Below are positions 35,115 through 38,171 of a DNA stretch of 38,171 nt, piece after piece. The position numbers were made by a program, and so were the translations under genes. The DNA comes from Octopus bimaculoides (lineage: Eukaryota), in assembly GCF_001194135.2 (NCBI RefSeq), contig NC_068993.1:41465029-41503199 (forward strand), written 5' to 3'. Within the stretch, counting starts at the first letter, position 1. Each line of letters opens with the position of its first letter. The notes under the pieces were generated by a model, which saw nothing but the letters and a program-made list of their open reading frames with translations, had not been told where the DNA came from and searched no databases.

Positions 35115-35415
35115 TGTCAAGGCATCGGACAAAATTACATGCAGTGCTTCTTCGACTCTTTACATTGTGAATTTAGTTCTTGCCGCAGTCAGCGCTGCCT
35201 TTCTTCCCTCCGGGGTCGATCTTTAGAATGTCGGACAAAATGCCAGGCAGTGTTTCTTTCGAATTTTTGCGTCCTATGTATTGTTCCTGCCAGGTGCAAC
35301 TCTGCTTTTCATCTTACCGTAATGAAATAAAATAAGGTACCAGTAAAATACTGCTGTCGGCGGTATTGATTCTACTCTCAAAATTTCTAACCTTGTATCT
35401 AAATTAAAAACCATT
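35115..35415 (+). mobile_element. Two tandem decayed SINE family A copies (first truncated at ggggtcgat)
   Basis: tcggacaaaat occurs at ~35124 and ~35231, each followed by the family A body; the second ends ccttgtatctaaattaaaaaccatt. Confidence 0.6.
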
Positions 35416-35667
35416 TTAAGCTGTTAACTTGCGGATAACTTTGCAGTTCAGGAAATACGGCCAGGAAGTAATGTTTCTATACGGATCGAATTTCACGCTC
35501 TTTAGTCTTAGTTGGCCAACTTCGAAGAGCATCTTCTGACTTTAGCTCTACTTGTTTGTCACTTAGCCACAGATTCGATTTTCTTCCAGTCCACTTGCCA
35601 CATTTGGTAGGATATATTACTTGAGGCCTCTGAAATATTCCCACAAATTCGGTGCATCCGCTTCAAC

Positions 35668-35718
<51 letters not shown>

Positions 35719-36091
35719 TGTTGTTGTTGTAATAGAGGCGGCGACAGCAGTAGCAGCAGCAACAGTCGTTCTTGTAGAGTTACTGTTCTTCTTCATTAGT
35801 CATGGAAAAAATGTGGGAATCAACATCGTTTACTTGTTACAATATTTTTGTCTAACTGAAATAAAGTGTGTTTATTTTATTGCTTTATTACTTTATTGCT
35901 ATTCTATCAATGTAAAAGAGGGAAGCTTGATCGTTTCATATATATATATATACGCATATATATTCATATTTATAAATATGTTCATATGTATATATATATA
36001 TATACACAGGCTTGTATATGGATTTAAGTTTGTATATACTCACAGGTATACATATATGTGTGTGCGTATGGGTGTACATAAATACATACAT

Positions 36092-36178
<87 letters not shown>

Positions 36179-36205
36179 CATACATACATAAACACGCATA
36201 TATCA

Positions 36206-36206
<1 letters not shown>

Positions 36207-36290
<84 letters not shown>

Positions 36291-36304
36291 AAGATAGATA
36301 AATA
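36207..36304. repeat. (GATA)n tetranucleotide microsatellite
   Basis: Direct: atag repeats, preceded by (TA)n and (TG)n runs. Confidence 0.95.
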
Positions 36305-37123
36305 AATACTGATAAGAAGGTATTCTTAGTATCGCGGAAGAAATTCTGCTGATTGTTGCTTCTGCCTCCAAGTCAGAAATCCATTACAACGTGTCTACGG
36401 AGGTGACGATAGATGATAATCTCCTAATAATGGTGTAGCCAACTTCGTACTTCATCTTTTAAAGACAGAAAAACGAAAATATTTTGAATATTGCGAAAAA
36501 TTGCTCAAATCGTAGCAAATCTCGAACCTTAGCAGCAACAAAGATAACAACAGTTACATGAACGATATTGGTAATATGAAGAATAAAAAATATGATTTAA
36601 AAAAAAAAAATATCGATAATATAATGTAGACATCTATGATAATAATTCTGACAATAATAATAACAGCATTATCCACAGTGGCAAAAGTGACAATAATGTT
36701 GGAGACCTGGCAAGAAATACAGCAAAAATAATGAGTATAAAACAGAAAAACAGTATCAGGGAAAGGAATGACAGAAATAAAATATGTGCATCAGCTGTAA
36801 GCGCTTAGTTATCAGCATCGTTGCAGAAATAATGGAAGAAATATAACAATATGTCAGTTGAGAACATAGATGTGTGAGGAAATTGTGAACAAATAAATAA
36901 ATAAATAAGTAAATAAACGATACTCACATTCAGATATATGTCCCTTAAGGCAAGGTGAATTGAAAACCCCATCTATGGTGTATTATTAAAGAACTCAGGC
37001 CTTCATTAGCTACACGAAGACAACATTTTTGTTTTGGAAGGAACAGGCGAAAAATAAAATAAAATAAAAATGCTACTGTAGTAAACATGTCGGAAATATA
37101 TCCATGATAGTCCCTTTTTATCG

Positions 37124-37177
37124 AGGTCAAAGATTTGTGAAGGTCAAAGGTCATAGGTCAAAGATTAGTGAAGGTCA
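37124..37177 (+). promoter_or_regulatory. Cluster of five perfect AGGTCA hexamers (candidate nuclear-receptor element)
   Basis: Direct: AGGTCA at 37124, 37141, 37148, 37155 and 37172, with spacings 11, 1, 1 and 11. Function is inferred. Confidence 0.3.
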
Positions 37178-38107
37178 TAGCATTGGCAATGACAAGTGAG
37201 ATAAGAGTTTGGTTTCACGAAAGACTTCACAAAAGAAATGAAGCTTGGAGAGAGCGAATTCGTGTTAAAATACAAGGAGGAGTGATTCGGCATGAGACTA
37301 TTCTGAGAGAATTGTCATTCTTTAAGTGATTCTATCGCCTCAAGTTGCAACTAGACTGGGCCAAAAAAATGCTACCAAGAATTGGCCATCCAAGATTATA
37401 GAGGAGTAAGTTCGAAAACAGCACAGAAACACATATACTTCCTAGGAGTGCCTGAACTGTAATGTTTTCTGTAAAAGCAATGTAAAGTTGAGAGTGTTTG
37501 AAATAAAAGCAATAATACTTCATAAAATCAAACGTGTATCTTTTTGCAAGTCAGCATCAAGAGTCGCGCAACAAACGGAAATTTCCGTTTTAGAAGATGT
37601 TAGGGAATTTGTTGTGGAGCTGAGGGTCCCACACCTTACAACCCTTTTATTAAAAGAAACCAAAAATATAAATAAATAAAGGAATAAATAGATAGATAAA
37701 TAAAAGAAAGAACGAAGCCCGGATATGTACCCTTTTTATTTACTGCGTATTGACTGCACTAATGACGGGGCTGCAAATTGGCTGTTTGCTTGTTCCAGGT
37801 CTCGTCTTGGACAAATAAATTGTTAGTAGAAAGAAGAAAAATTCAAGATATTCCGACTAGGGGTATAAAGAGTATTTAATTGCTCTTAGTCCGGAAATGT
37901 AAGAGTAGAATAGGGCGCAGTCAAGACAAAACAACCTAATATATCAACAGCAACAAACAAAGTCAACGATAAGTGGCAGGAAACAAATGAGAGACCACTT
38001 CAGTAAACAAACATGCGAACATAATAGAACCAATCCTAAAACTCTGACAACTTGCCATTTAGTGAAGTGGACAAGATAGGACTCCAGTCAAATTGTAAAT
38101 CGTGAGC

Positions 38108-38138
<31 letters not shown>

Positions 38139-38171
38139 AAGTAGGTTTGATAGGATTACCTCAACCTTTAT

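Overview
This is a repeat-dominated, AT-rich eukaryotic window with many N gaps and dense microsatellites. No host protein-coding exon, tRNA gene, rRNA gene or CRISPR array can be supported. The SINE families and microsatellite load resemble octopus (coleoid cephalopod) DNA; that assignment comes from recognition, not a database search. The window holds many copies of at least five tRNA-headed SINE families (working labels A-E), plus decayed relics of an R4/Dong-type RT, an L1/Tx1 ORF2, a CR1/L2 3' end, a mariner transposase and a pogo transposase. It also has a hAT-type MITE, a 467-bp fold-back element and two LTR-like repeats. The most interesting signal is a set of minimal hammerhead-ribozyme motifs of the type known from Penelope-like elements. 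One of them (29944-29987, minus strand) forms the 3' part of a tRNA-promoter SINE, which suggests a Pol III, ribozyme-bearing non-autonomous element. Almost all ORFs in the supplied track are microsatellite or N-gap artefacts.
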